DNA of 56,342 bases, filler included, from Mitosporidium daphniae (lineage: Eukaryota), in NCBI RefSeq assembly GCF_000760515.2. It is 2 parts of 2 records of this genome, joined end to end, with 100 filler letters (N's around TTAATTAATTAA, not from the genome) between each part and the next. Parts side by side here need not be neighbours in the genome. Positions count along the whole stretch, not along the records: positions 1 to 28,248 come from NW_013546163.1; positions 28,349 to 56,342 come from NW_013546162.1. One strand, written 5' to 3'. The translations under genes were made by a program, and so were the position numbers. The notes below the pieces were generated by a model that was not told where the DNA came from, did no database searches, and was given only the letters and a program-made list of their open reading frames with translations. Shown here in pieces: positions 22,065 through 34,669 of the stretch; positions within the stretch are counted from its first letter, which is position 1; every line of letters begins with the position of its first letter.

Positions 22065-24771
22065 ATGCAACGGGTACTCCTCCTCAATGGGAGGTTTCTT
22101 TTCCCGACGCGGCCCGAATATACTGCAGCAATAGCAATGAAAAGCATAAAGCGTGGGATTTTTTTTACCGGGAAAAAACACTATACACTTAATCTGCCTG
22201 TTAAAAGCTACATAGAATCAATAGAGGCGCCTACCTTTACTACCATGTTGACCCATTCACTTTCCCTAAAATATCGCCAATCAGAATACTTTTCTCGCAT
22301 ACAATCGATATATAAATTTTGTGACTCTATGATGACTCTGCTAAGGGGCGCGTTTGCACAAAAAGATTCGACATCTAACGATCTTTTTGTTGAAAAAAGT
22401 TTACAGAAACTTTGTGTGTTGAAATCTTTGTCTTTGAAAGCATCATATGGTGATGATCTTTGCACTACCGACGTCGAAAGCTTATTTGGTGATACGGAGG
22501 CCGAATTTGAAGCCTTTTTATCTGTTTTCAATACACATTTCCGGCAAGATACTTTACTTCGGGATTCCTTCACCTTTTCGGAATCAACGTATTTGGAAAT
22601 TCTAAACATGATCTCCAAATATTCTCTTATAAATTCGCTAGCTCTAGTGTCTTTTATGCAAAATATTTTCCGATTTGCCTTCCCTTGCGACAGTCAGCAG
22701 GAAACACAACTTCTCCTGTTAGCTCACGATGAGTTTCAACACAGTCCACTATTATTTTCTGCGCCACAGGTGGAAATGGCAAAACTATTTGTCATACAAA
22801 CAATAGCCAATTGCAAGTTCCATCTTCTTGAGCCATATCTAAAGTGCCTTGTTTTTTTAGGTACAAATTTTTGTTTCACTCTTAGATGCCAATAGGATTG
22901 CCATTTTGCGTCCAAATTCACCTTTTCTTTTGGCCATACGAATTCTTGAAAAATCACAAACTGATTTCACGGAAATTTTCAACACTTTATTTTTCAAAGT
23001 CGCTATGAACTCTTCTAGCAGCAATTTTTTTTCGAGAAAGAAAATTTTCCTCTATGAATTGCTCGGCCAAGCATTGCACACTAGGAGTTCATTCGATTCG
23101 GAAAATACCCTTATTAGTGATAGCTTAAAGCTGGTGCCTTGTTTTACAGCAAGCCTTTTTCAACTCATTTTTTATTATCTCTTTGAGCTAATGCCACAGC
23201 GCGAAAAAGACGGCCTTTCAAAAGATATAACACAATTTTTTAAAGAAATTAGAAAATCTGGAAAGGCATCTCTTCTTGCGTATGTAATATACTTCAAATT
23301 TGTCAAGTCTAAGGGCACCGTCGAGGAAATCCGGTTTTTGGAAGCTGAAATGAATTCCAAGCATTGGGTTGCAGAGATTGATAAGATCAGAGAGGCTTCT
23401 GATATCATTCCCCAAGGCAACCCTGAACTATTGGCCAATGTTCACTATTTTCTACAATATTTGATAGACGAGCCACTCCCCAATTCACTTCGCCTGTTCT
23501 CGAATTTCAATTGCCTTGGCTCGATATTCATTCCTCTGTCAACGGTCGATGCAAGAGACATCATTCTGATCTCTGCATATTCAAAATTGAAGCTATGGGC
23601 CGATATTTATCGAATCTATTCCAATGTCAAAACAGAAGGTCGACTGGATATTCCAGCATCTGGAATTGTTAGATCTCCAATATTCCATCTTTCGCTTTCC
23701 ACGATAATCTTTAAAAATGTCCTTAATAATATTTCGTGGAATGAGGTCATACCATACCTTGAATTCCCATCGCCCTTGCTTTCGCGTGAGGGCTTTAGAA
23801 TAATTTATACGCATCTTTATTCAAAGCTATTCAACCTCCTTATTTCTTATGATAAGTTTTTGCTTATTCAATCGATCGTCATTATTCCACGGTCTCTGTT
23901 TATCAAAGACGATTATATTCTTCCATGTATCCTTTCAACATTTGCATGCTCCTCGGGAAGGGGCCCACTGGGCCCTCCAAATCGAATTCTATTCTACAAA
24001 TTATTGTCGAACCGCCTCGATATAGATATCATCTGTGAATCGTCGCCAACCCCACCCTCTAATCTGGCTGGAATTATAGCATCAGTCGACCCTCAGCTTT
24101 CCAATCTCCTACATTTCATAGAGCTCCATAAGATTCCATTAAGCCCCTCCAATTTTTTGAGCTTAATACTATCGCTTTTTAGGAGGCGGAGATATGATCT
24201 TGTCTGCCAGACATTCAATTTTAGAAATTCGCATTATAAGCAAGAATCTTATCTACATTATATATATCTGGCATCGGCCCTCAAAAATAGAGAATATGGA
24301 ATAGTGAGAACAGTGATCAACGAAAAAAGTAAAAGCTTCCTGATTCCGGAGCAGAACCTATTGCAGGAATCTATTTCAAATCATGAGATTGGCTTAATAT
24401 TGCCCTCTTCAATGTCGTCCGTGGCTGCTTTGGACAAATGGAGAGAACAGGGTCTCGTTTCAGATGCCGACTATAGTAGTTCTTTGGCTATTTGTCTCAA
24501 TTATAATTTGGAAAATTTGTTTTATCTTCGAAGGTTCATATCGCTTCAGCAGCAAGATCGAGAACACGCCCCAAAAACTGCTAAAAATGACTTGAAAGCA
24601 CGATTTCCAGATAGTGTTGTGCGGCTCTCTGCTATTCCAAATTATCTTCTAGAATATGAAAACAGATATTTTTCGATTAAGAAAAAACAAAATGTTATAG
24701 AGTCCGATGACGACGATGTAGAGGGTGAAGGCTTTTCCAATACCTATCTGTTGGACTCTGAAAATTTGTAA
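22065..24771 (+). CDS. Large hypothetical protein (about 890 aa); 25-nt intron 22861-22885 joins the two ORFs
   Basis: The GT...TAG intron restores frame between the 276-aa and 621-aa ORFs; no recognisable motif. Confidence 0.65.
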
Positions 24772-24862
24772 TTTACACCTGGCATGGCGATTTCTCAAAT
24801 TCCAATTTATTTAATTTTTAAGTAACTTTACAATTTAATGTTTATAATTTTTTTTGCCTTTT

Positions 24863-25876
24863 ATGTCCATTTCATCTTGTTCCTCAACTTCGTTTGGTGA
24901 AGTGTTGTCACATAAGATACTAAACCAAATCGAGTTTTATTTTGGGGATTTGAACCTCTCTAAAGATAAATTTTTGCTCACCAAAATAAGCGAAACCGCC
25001 GAAGGATGGGTTCCCATTTCTGTTATCGCAGATTTTGGTCGCATCAAGGCACAATTGAATAATATCAATGAAGAACAAGAGAAATATGCAGCAATTAAAT
25101 CAGCTTTATCCTCTTCATTGGTTGTTGAAATTAATGATCAAGGAAATTCTCTTCGAAGAAAAATTCCGCTCTCTACAACTAGAGATGATCTAAAGGCTAC
25201 CTTGTATGTGAAAGGATTTCCAAAGAATACATCTCTTGATGAGTTGCAATTGTTTTTTGGCAAACTGTCTGAAGTTCCATTTGCAATCAGAATGCGCCGC
25301 TTTCAAGATGCGGACAAGCTGTTTAAAGGATCCGTATATGTTGAGTTTCTCACAGAAGCTGAAGTGGACCGCTTTTTGGCTTTGAATGCATGCCCGCCCT
25401 TTATTGATGAGCATGGAGAAAATCATCCGCTCTTCCTTCAGAAAAAAATTGATCATGTTATGAAAAAAAATCACGGAGAAAAAGGCGTTGGATCGTCTCC
25501 CCTGAAGGAAATTTCTAAAGATTCCATCATCAAGGTTTCCCCTATTCCCGAAAACGCGGATTGGAAGCTCATCAAGGATGAGCTTTCAACAAAATTGCCT
25601 ATTTCTCGGGTGGTGGTTGACTCTGAGAATAAGATTGCTTTTGCTCTTCTTCGTGGCCCTATTGATGAGCAAAGTGAAGTTCCCCTTACATGGGCCTCTC
25701 AAGCCCTTCAAAAATGCCCCGATATTGCTTTTGGGGCACTTGATTCTACATTAAGCCTTCCCAGCGAAAGTGAATATGAAAGTGCAATTTCTTCTTTCGC
25801 AACGACGATAGGGAAGCCCAAACCCTTCGTCGCTTCGAGAAAAACAAGATTCTCCAAACGGCAAAAGGTGAACTAA
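24863..25876 (+). CDS. LHP1: La protein (La motif + RRM)
   Basis: QIEFYFGDLNLSKDKFL; GWVPISVIADFGRIK; LYVKGFP; FKGSVYVEF. Confidence 0.92.
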   Translation: MSISSCSSTSFGEVLSHKILNQIEFYFGDLNLSKDKFLLTKISETAEGWVPISVIADFGRIKAQLNNINEEQEKYAAIKSALSSSLVVEINDQGNSLRRKIPLSTTRDDLKATLYVKGFPKNTSLDELQLFFGKLSEVPFAIRMRRFQDADKLFKGSVYVEFLTEAEVDRFLALNACPPFIDEHGENHPLFLQKKIDHVMKKNHGEKGVGSSPLKEISKDSIIKVSPIPENADWKLIKDELSTKLPISRVVVDSENKIAFALLRGPIDEQSEVPLTWASQALQKCPDIAFGALDSTLSLPSESEYESAISSFATTIGKPKPFVASRKTRFSKRQKVN

Positions 25877-25935
25877 ATTTGACCTATCCTCTCTTTTTAA
25901 TAAAATCAATAAACTTTCAATTTTTACAATTTGGG

Positions 25936-27397
25936 ATGCTCCGCAAAAAGGTTGATGTCATCATCTTTGGTGCTACCGGATTTACAGGAAAATTCGTGCT
26001 TGAGGAGTTCCATCGCTACGCTTCCTTGCCGTTGAAAGATGCATCTACTGGTAAAGCTGTACCTACCTTTGCCGCTGCTGGGAGAAGTGAACAAAAGCTC
26101 AAAGGTTTTCTTGCTTTTGCATATGTTTGCTGTAGAACTAACTCTTGGTATTGATGCAAATATCCCGATCATCGTTGCCAATATTGAAGACAAGGAATCT
26201 CTTGAAAAAATGGCGGCTATGTGTCGTGTTCTAATTAATTGTGTGGGGCCTGTAAGCTTATTTTCGATGATGTCTAGTTTCGATTTTATGGCAAGTCTGT
26301 AATAGAGGCCTGCATCTCTATGAAATGCAACTATGTCGATATTAGCGGTGAACCTCAAGTATTTTTTACCTTTTATTTTCTAGTTTATGGAAGAGTGTTT
26401 GATCTTGTATAATGACCTCGCCATTAAGAGCAATGTATCGATTATCTCTGCGTGTGGATTTGATTCCATTCCAGCCGATATTGGGGTCTTTTTCACGTTG
26501 AAGAACATTCTGAAAGAAAAAAGTAGGAAACCCCTTTCAGTGGAATCTTTTATTGAGGTGGAGAATTCTATGGGAATGCCGGTGAAGGGGCATTTCACCA
26601 GCTTCGAATCGGCTGTACATGGTTTCTCAAGCCACGAAAATCTAAATGACTTGCGTCAGAGAGTTCCTTCTTTTGATAAAAAGATCCCCGACTCCACCAC
26701 AATAGGCGGCGAAACATTCCAGAGAAAACGATGGCCTTTTTACGAAGATCGAATTGGAAAGTGGTGTGTCCCATTTCCTGGCTCAGATCCATCAATTGTT
26801 CTTATAATTATGTGATCATTCTAGGTTCGTCGCTCGATTTCTGCTCTTGTTGCCCAGAATTACACATGCAACTTTCCATATGCTGCCTACTTTGCCGTAA
26901 ATTCATTTTACTCGCTAGTTGGGCTTGTGCTTTTTTCTAGCATCTTTTATTTGTTGACTAGATTTCAATGGGGTAAATCTTTGCTGTTGAAGGTTACATT
27001 TACTTGTGCTTTCTCCATAGTATCCGTCTTTTTTTACGGGAGGAGTCTTTTCTCATGAAGGTCCAACTCGCGGTGAAATCGATACTACCCGTTTCAGCAT
27101 CAAATTTTATGGCTCCTCCGTTTTGGAGGATGGAAGTGAGCCAAAAACATTTCGTGCAGTTCTTACGGGGCCTGGTTGTGGAGCCTTTGCTAATTACTAG
27201 AACCAGGATATAGAGCTACGCCAGCCTGCATCACGCTTGCAGCAATGACGATCCTTGAAGAAGAGGTAACTGTCTGTAATTAATGCGCCTAGCACAATAT
27301 CCCAAAGGGCGTTATTACCCCAGTAACTGCATTTAAAGATACCAGCTTTATTGAGAGGTTCCAGAGCAGTAGTTTAACGTTGCGGATGGACGAATAG
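25936..27397 (+). CDS. Saccharopine dehydrogenase-like oxidoreductase (SCCPDH type), many small introns
   Basis: IIFGATGFTG; AAAGRS; INCVGP; YVDISGEP; SACGFDSIPADIG; PKGVITP. Confidence 0.88.
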
Positions 27398-27547
27398 AAT
27401 ATTTCAAAATAAAATCACATGAAGACTAAGCGTAAACCAAGTCGATTTATTAAAGGATAAACCTTGACAAAAACCATTTGCGAAAAAGGATCGATCACCC
27501 TTGGCAGAAAAATTCTTGACAAAGTCCTTTCAATTCCTTTTTTCGGA

Positions 27548-28228
27548 TCAAAAAACTCTTAAATGGGAAAGGTTAGAAAACGCCTCCTTCATCAACTCTG
27601 GAGTTAGAGGGCACTTTTCCGAAGGCGCATAAAAAAGACTGTTCGCCCTCAAAGAGTCCAGTTGTACATCTGAATAGCGGGAAAATGTTTCAGCAATAGA
27701 TAAGGTCGAATTCTGTGTTGGGTGGGGCTGGCTTTCTTTCCGTCGTCTATTTCTAAGGGCAAGAGCCTCAATGGTAAGCTTTCGCAAGAATTCCCAAAGC
27801 AAAAAGCCGACAATATCTAGAAGATCATCAGAGGGCTTATAGCGCTCGTGGAATCCAAGCCAATCTTTGAATTTTTTTGCCTTTTTGTATGTAAAAGAGG
27901 CCTGTCGACACTCGGCAAATTCGATGTATTCCTCTTTGGACATTTTTCTTGTTAGAATATCGGCTTCCTAGCAATGTAAGAAAGATCTTCACAATCGAAC
28001 AGTATTGAAAGATAAATTGTGATATGTAGATATATATATACCTCCAAACGATCGCGAAATTCTTGATGGAATTCCGCCATGTCTTCCTCATCTTCTGATT
28101 GATCCGAGTCGCAAATGCTAGTAAGACAACGGGGAAACTCCCACTGAAAATGAATGTTCTTTTTGCGAATTGGAACATCGCGATCCTCGGAAACTCCTAC
28201 AGTAATTCTGGTAGGAGATACCTGAGGC
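27548..28228 (-). CDS. SPT3: SAGA subunit Spt3, 5' end lost in gap
   Basis: DRLE|EADILTRKMSKEEYIEFAECRQASFTYKKAKKFKDWL; DDLLDIVGFLLWE. Confidence 0.85.
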
Positions 28229-28248
28229 ATATATATATCTACATATCA

Positions 28249-28348
28249 NNNNNNNNNNNNNNNNNNNNNNNNNNNNNNNNNNNNNNNNNNNNTTAATTAA
28301 TTAANNNNNNNNNNNNNNNNNNNNNNNNNNNNNNNNNNNNNNNNNNNN
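28249..28348. other. Assembly spacer: N-run with TTAATTAATTAA six-frame stop linker
   Basis: 100-nt N44-TTAATTAATTAA-N44 block; the genes on both sides are truncated. Confidence 0.9.
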
Positions 28349-28525
28349 TCTGACACCTGGGATTCATGTTCTGACACCTGGGATTCATGTTCTGACACCT
28401 GGGATTCATGCTCTGACACATGGAATTCTTCGTTATCAACGGATTCGTGCTCAGTATTGACATCTTGGTCTTGTTCGTTCGGACCGGCTTGATCTTGTTC
28501 TTTTGGGCCGGCTTGATCTTGTTCC
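28349..28525 (-). repeat. Coding 21-bp tandem repeats (SEHESQV and EQDQAGP heptads) in PMT
   Basis: TCTGACACCTGGGATTCATGT x3+ running into the gap, plus EQDQAGP-type units. Confidence 0.85.
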
Positions 28526-30056
28526 ATAACAGGCGAGACTTGGTCGTTTAACAAGCTTTGCCCCGGTTCATCAGAACCGTCCCCAGAAACGCTTTCTGAA
28601 TATTGGTCTGGAAGTGCAAATATGTACTGAGAGGCAATGGGCATTTCATCGTATCTATTTTTAGCTCTGAATGCGTTGAATACTTCATCTTCATCCGCAT
28701 CGTTTAGCTCGTTCCCCTGGCTATCTGTAATCCGAATGATCCAGTCATCATTGGTATCGCCAAAAGAACGCACATCGTCAAGAAGACCGTAACACGAGAC
28801 TTCCCAATGGTGCTCCTTGTTTGAAAGAGGCGGAGAAACTACATGCGAATGCAGGCTTCTTCGAGTAAGGTGATGCACCAGTCGTATTCGATCCCCGTTT
28901 CGAAGTGGAACAAATGGATCAAGATCGTGAGGCGCGCTGAGATTTCCAGGCCACATGTTCCACCTGTATTGCTTCCTAAAGGGATCCGGGTATCGAGGCA
29001 AAACTATCCATTCATTGTTCAGATCGGAAAAAGGATACAATGTCACTTGCTGCTGCTCAGAACCTTCTGGGTAAAGATGCGAGTGCGAGTGAAGAAAACT
29101 CTTTTGAGAAAAATGGCGGATAGTCACTATGCTTCCATATCCCACGGGAGCGTTGGTCGGTGGGAGAATGTGGCTACCTTGCAGAGACTGCTGGAATAGC
29201 AAAGACATGGACGAGGCTCCTGGACCGGCCTTTGTCAGCATCTTGAAATGCATCCAGAAAGAGCCAACGTAGATTAGCACCGGGACAACAAGCAGGGCAA
29301 AAAATCTGGCCAAAAAATGGAGCGAGAAACGATTAATGGAAACTACTCGCGGGCTGCTGAACAGCTGCCAAAGATCAAACAGCGTGGCAAGACCAACGGT
29401 GGCCACAGTAAACAGACCTGCCCATTTACAACTGGAAGCGCATCCGATGCAGATGCCTGTCCCCATCAAGAAGATCCACCAACCCGGTGAGAATGGATCC
29501 CTTCTCTTTTTCTGAAAATACATGTAGAAACAAATGGCAGCTGCAGACGAAAATATAAGGTACGCGTCCAGAAAGACAAACCGAAATTGCGTTGTCAGTG
29601 CATTTTCGAACAAAACTAAAAGAGCGCCAAAAATCGAATATTCCACCTCAAGGCCCAGCCCAACACAAGTCAAAAACATCACGGGCACAAGCAGAGTGCC
29701 CAAAACGGCAGGCAGTAGCCGCAACCCAACATATGGAACATCTGCTTCCAAGTAATCGAGGCCAATGAGGTCGAAATTGAAATCTTCCGGAAGACCTAAA
29801 AGCCAGGAAAGCCCTGCAATCAGCATCTTGGCTCCGGGGGGGTGCACATCCAAAAAAAAGGTGCCCTTTTGATATTGCTGTGCAAATCCGCCAAAATGGA
29901 CCTCATCAAACCTAGCAACAATTAGAATACAGATTCCTACACCACAGATGAAGGATGGCTCAACAATGCCAGCTTAAATATGGCAGCAATGCCGGTCAAT
30001 ACAATACAAATATAAAAGCTCTGAAATCCTTTCCCAGAACTTCCCTCCTTGGTCAT
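28349..30056 (-). CDS. PMT: Dolichyl-phosphate-mannose protein O-mannosyltransferase, 3' end lost in gap
   Basis: HPSSVV|FDEVHFGGFAQQY...FFLDVHPP; SCKWAGLF; MIR domains LHSHSHLYPEGSEQQQVTLY and IRLVH. Confidence 0.93.
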
Positions 30057-30555
30057 GATGGCGAGAATTCAAAACGACCTTTGATGCATGAAAGATGCAA
30101 TGCACTTTATTTACCAGTTGGTGATCCACTATCGGCAACAGATGTCTTAAACAAGCGATCATCATTATCAATGATCGCCAAACAGATCATATTTCGAAAA
30201 TTAAAATTACAGGCTAGCATTAAAATTAAACTTTGGCGCATTAACAGAACAATTTGTCGATATCAGCTGATTGGATAATTTTATCCCAGCAACAGAATGC
30301 TAGGCGACGAAATGTATGTGCGCCAAATGGGTATTAGAAGCATGGTATGGCTGTCCTCAGTAAAGTTAGCGAGCGGCGCAGAAGGTAAAGATGGATGTTT
30401 AATTTTTTGTTATTTCATGTTTTTTACGCAAAATGTGATGTTTAAATGTCTCTCTTCCCATTAGAACCCTTGTCGTTGCACCCGCACATTGTAAAGATCG
30501 CTACCTAACCCTAAGACCATTTATCAGACTCGAGTGATTATCATCTCCGAACGTT

Positions 30556-30672
30556 CCTCATCATCCTCATCATCGTAATCATCCTCATAATCGTAATCAT
30601 CCTCATAATCGTAATCATCCTCATCATCGTAATCATCCTCATAATCGTAATCATCCTCATCATCTCCATCAT
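30556..30672. repeat. 18-bp minisatellite (TCATCCTCATMATCGTAA) about x5 with TCA-rich flanks
   Basis: Read directly; lies between the divergent PMT and CDC25 genes. Confidence 0.88.
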
Positions 30673-30812
30673 CAACACTGTATCTTATCTGTATCTGCCC
30701 AGCTGCTTGATTCTGTTGATAAAAAGATACATCCCTAATTTGCTTATATAGTAATTCGGAACTTGATCTGCTTAATCATTTGCACAGATATATCGATCGA
30801 TCAAGCGATCTA

Positions 30813-32195
30813 ATGGATAGCCGCGAGCTTTTTGGAAGTGACCCGGAGAATTTTGGGAAACCCCATGGGCACTGCCATTTATACCTGGGTTCGGTACTTT
30901 GCCTTCCGCGTACCCCTTTGATCCCGAGGAGTCATTCCGTTTCTGACCATGTTGAGTGTGAAAATCTTTTGCATGCACCCAGTTTTGGGAATGAGGAGGA
31001 CCCTTCAGACCTTTGTATGGCGTCTCCCAGTGCCCGAAAAAGATGTATCCCAGAGGCCGAACTCATCAATAGAACGACCCTCCTTTCGCACTGGAGCATT
31101 ACAAAGTCAGCCCCTTTGTTTGCCAAATGTTCATCCTCTTTACCTTCGCTGTGTACGCCTGAGGATTCCCCAAAGTCCACTTTGGACACCCTTTTTGCAT
31201 ATTTCCGGCGCTCTTCGCCAAAGTCTCCAATTACGGGCGTCTCTTGTAACGCCAGCGAGGAAACCTTGATACCGCTTCGCCCCATTTCAATGAATCTCAC
31301 CCATGCAATGACACCAGAAATGTCACCTTCGAAAGCCGAAGCAGGCACCATGCATTTGCAGCAAAACTTCGGAATTCCAGCCAAACTTGCAGCCAAGGCG
31401 GTTTCGCAATCAATTGCATTACCACGGTACGCAAAATCGCTTACGCGCTCGCCCCTGAAAACGGCGACGCAACGAAAAGTTGTCCGTCCTGCATGCAGAT
31501 CGCCGATGCCACGACGACTTATCTCGTCGCTCGATAACTATGCCACACCATCTTGTGTGGAGCTGCAGGATGAGGCGATACCGTTGGGACTACCCATACT
31601 CGATGTCAGATCAAAGGAAGCGATCCCACGGATTTCGCCAGAAACTCTGGCTAGCTTACTTGAGGGCGAATATGCGACGACCTACTCTACAATCCATATC
31701 ATCGACGCTCGTTTCCCGTACGAGTACCATGGCGGACACGTTGCAGGAGCACTTTCTTGCTCGTCCACAAACACTTTGGAGTCGATTTTCTTTAACGAGA
31801 CCATTCTAAATCAGCAGGATGCCGTTCAAAATCGGACAGCAATTATATTTCATTGCGAGTTTAGCTCACATCGGGCACCTTCGCTTGCCCTTTTTATGCG
31901 CAAGCGGGACCGTTCTCTAAATGCATATCCAAAGCTTTTCTATCCGGAGCTTTACATCCTGCATGGAGGATATCGCGAGTTTTTCAGGCGGTACGTGGGA
32001 TATTGCCAGCCACCACAATATCGTCAGATGCATGATCCTGCATTCAAAGACGAGCTCCGGATTGAGATGCGGCTCTTCCGAGCAGCCTCCGCGCGCCATG
32101 CAAGGCATTCCTTCCTACTGGATCCAGCCATAGAGGATCCTACTAGCGAGGAGGAAGATGACCATAGCCTTTCTCTCGCGTTCGATGCGAGCTAA
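30813..32195 (+). CDS. CDC25: Cdc25/Mih1 M-phase inducer phosphatase
   Basis: IIDARFPYEYHGGHV; FHCEFSSHRAP; RDRSLNAYPKLFYPELYILHGGYREFF. Confidence 0.94.
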   Translation: MDSRELFGSDPENFGKPHGHCHLYLGSVLCLPRTPLIPRSHSVSDHVECENLLHAPSFGNEEDPSDLCMASPSARKRCIPEAELINRTTLLSHWSITKSAPLFAKCSSSLPSLCTPEDSPKSTLDTLFAYFRRSSPKSPITGVSCNASEETLIPLRPISMNLTHAMTPEMSPSKAEAGTMHLQQNFGIPAKLAAKAVSQSIALPRYAKSLTRSPLKTATQRKVVRPACRSPMPRRLISSLDNYATPSCVELQDEAIPLGLPILDVRSKEAIPRISPETLASLLEGEYATTYSTIHIIDARFPYEYHGGHVAGALSCSSTNTLESIFFNETILNQQDAVQNRTAIIFHCEFSSHRAPSLALFMRKRDRSLNAYPKLFYPELYILHGGYREFFRRYVGYCQPPQYRQMHDPAFKDELRIEMRLFRAASARHARHSFLLDPAIEDPTSEEEDDHSLSLAFDAS

Positions 32196-32325
32196 AGACC
32201 TTGGGTCAATTTTGTTTTTGGGGCTTGGGACTGTATATACATTATACCACTAGAGACGCATCATCAAATCCTTTCATTAAATTCTAAATTCCAACTTTAA
32301 ATTTTAAAGCTCCACATTATTTGCC

Positions 32326-34588
32326 ATGAGCTCTGGGAGCTCATTGTCCAAGCCTCCTCTTGCGGCCAAAGACGCTGCCGCGTTTAAGTCGCTGCTGATG
32401 CTCTTTGAAAACAAGCTATACAAAAAGGCTCTGAAACAAGCCGAACAAATCCTGCGTGCACATCCCGAACATGGCGGTATTTCCCCATTTTTATTGTAGA
32501 GACACTTGCTGTAAAGGGGCTGGTGTTGGCGCACCTTGCAATGGACTCCACATCCTCCACAGACAAAGATTCTTCTGCAGCCAAAAATGAAGCCGCGGCC
32601 AGGGTTACACCAGAGGTGGACCCGCTGGAGTTGATCAAGGCCGGAGTAAGACTTGATACAACATCGTTCATATGTTGGCAGGTGCTCGGTCTTTATCATC
32701 GTCTGAAACGGAATTTTGCCGAAACTTTACGCTGCTACAAAACTGCTCTTCGTTTCGAACCACATCAACCTACCATTTTAAGGGACTCTGCGCTTCTCCA
32801 AGCGCACGAGCGTCAGTTTGCAGCTCTTGTTGAGTCACGTAACATGCTTTTGAGGATCAACGCCAGTGAGGGTGGCGCTGCAAATGCTGGCCAAATGTGG
32901 CGTGCGCTTTCCATCGCCTATGCTATGGCCGGCCAGCCGGAGGCCGCCTTGCGCGCACTTGAGGCCTCCTTCGCTACAAAGGAACAGCAGCAAGACACTC
33001 ACTGTGCCCCGGGGACGCGTTCAGAGTTGATGCGGTTTAAATGGAAGCTAGAGGCTCTCGCTGGCCACCCTACTACGGCCAGGGTCACTGATAATGTAAA
33101 CATTGAGGACGCCCCCATTGCAGACGCGGACTTACAGGACGAGGCTGTTGCGCTATATAGCCCGGATGAAACCCTCCGAGCATTGGCTTGTTCACGGCGC
33201 CTTGAGCGCAATCCAGATTTGCCCGTCAGTTCGGCCTTGGTCGAGCACCAGAATGCTGTTGTGGGGCACACTTCAGATGCATTGGCACTCGGTCGAAAAC
33301 TAGAGGTTGCCGTCAAGACTGGCAACATCGAATCTTTTGGTCTTGTTTTCACTTCACTGTTGAATGAGGGTTTACTGGAGAGAGCCCCCATTTCTCTATT
33401 CAAGCTGGTGACCATCGCGGCGTTTGATCAGAAACCTTCGCACATCGATGTGCGGACCATACACCAAACCATCTCGAATCTGCTTTCCGAACGCCAGTCA
33501 TCACTTGCTACTGTGATTTTTCAAGCGCTACTACTGGACGCCATCGGAAACAGCATTGAAGCTCTCGGTCTGATTTCTAGCGCAATTGGCCCCCACCACC
33601 CCAAAGGCGTCGTTGCCGAGGGCGATACCCAAGTTTCTGTCGACAATGACACCGTGAACGCTATTGCCCCGGCTACGGAAAACATTCATTTGCTTGTAGA
33701 TGCCTTCACAGTGCGTGCCAAAATACACAAGGTATTTTATTTTGTTAACGCTAGCACCTGGGACTGTATCGTGCAGCAGCAGATGATGCTATCGCGGCTT
33801 CAAAGCTTGCTTGTGGCGATCGTTCGCTCACGATATTTGCAATTCGGCATTTGCTTCGTGCAGACAAAGTCTCCGAGGTGGAGCATATCCATCTTCCAAT
33901 TCTTTTCAAGAAGCCTATGGAAGAAATCCGCGAACTTCAAGTGGCATGGTATCTCGTTCGTGCAGGCGAGGCATTTTGGCGCTTGGGACGCACCGATGAG
34001 GCTGTCGAGGCATGGTCCTTTGTCGCATTGTCCTTCCTTGGCACTTCGCTTGCTGATGATGTTTTTGATTTTCATGGCTATGCGCTTCGCCGATGCGCCC
34101 TTGTGGGGTACATGGAATTGCTCACGGCAACGCCGCCTTCCAAAGCCCCTATACTCCACAAACATCCCACCTGGCAGCGTGCAGCATGCAACCTGCTGCA
34201 TGCTGCAATTGTGTCCACTAACAAAGACTCCACTGGAGATGCCATAATTGATGGAGCATCATCCCGTTCAAGCTCTTTCCCCAGTTGTCAAACGAGCAGC
34301 TCAAAAACGACAACAAACGGCTCCGTCGTTGCAGACCAAATAGCAAAGCTCGTTCAAGAGCTCGCTCATTTTGAGCACGAGGCGTNCCCGTCGATACCGC
34401 CAAAATTGGCTCTACGCCGCCGGATTCTTCTTTGGCTATACGAGGATAATGGACATCGCATCCTGCCGTTTTTGCGCACGGAACGCTTCCCTAAAAAACT
34501 CGCCACGCGCGTTGAACCCTTAATTTCTGAGCTACAAAAGCATGGTTGCGGCACGGGGCTCCTGCCCCTCATATTTACACTTGTCTAA
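32326..34588 (+). CDS. NAT1: NatA auxiliary subunit Naa15/Nat1 (divergent); 23-nt introns 32477-32499 and 33732-33754
   Basis: FENKLYKKALKQAEQILRAHPEHG|ETLAVKGL; SFICWQVLGLYHR...CYKTALRF; ILRDSALLQ; DDVFDFHGYALRR. Confidence 0.88.
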
Positions 34589-34669
34589 TAAATCTCAAGC
34601 CAAATTGGATTGATCGCGCTCCTGGTGCCGATGGGCTTCCTCATTAACTTTATAATAAATTTAAACACT

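Noticed and set aside
28020..28248. Exact 20-bp inverted repeat (28020-28039 versus 28229-28248) resembling transposon TIRs
   Set aside because: One copy is the SPT3 intron start and the other is the last bases of the contig; most likely a chimeric contig end.
28249..28348. Palindromic TTAATTAATTAA inside the N-run
   Set aside because: Artificial contig linker with stops in all frames; SPT3-PMT adjacency is not evidence of real linkage.
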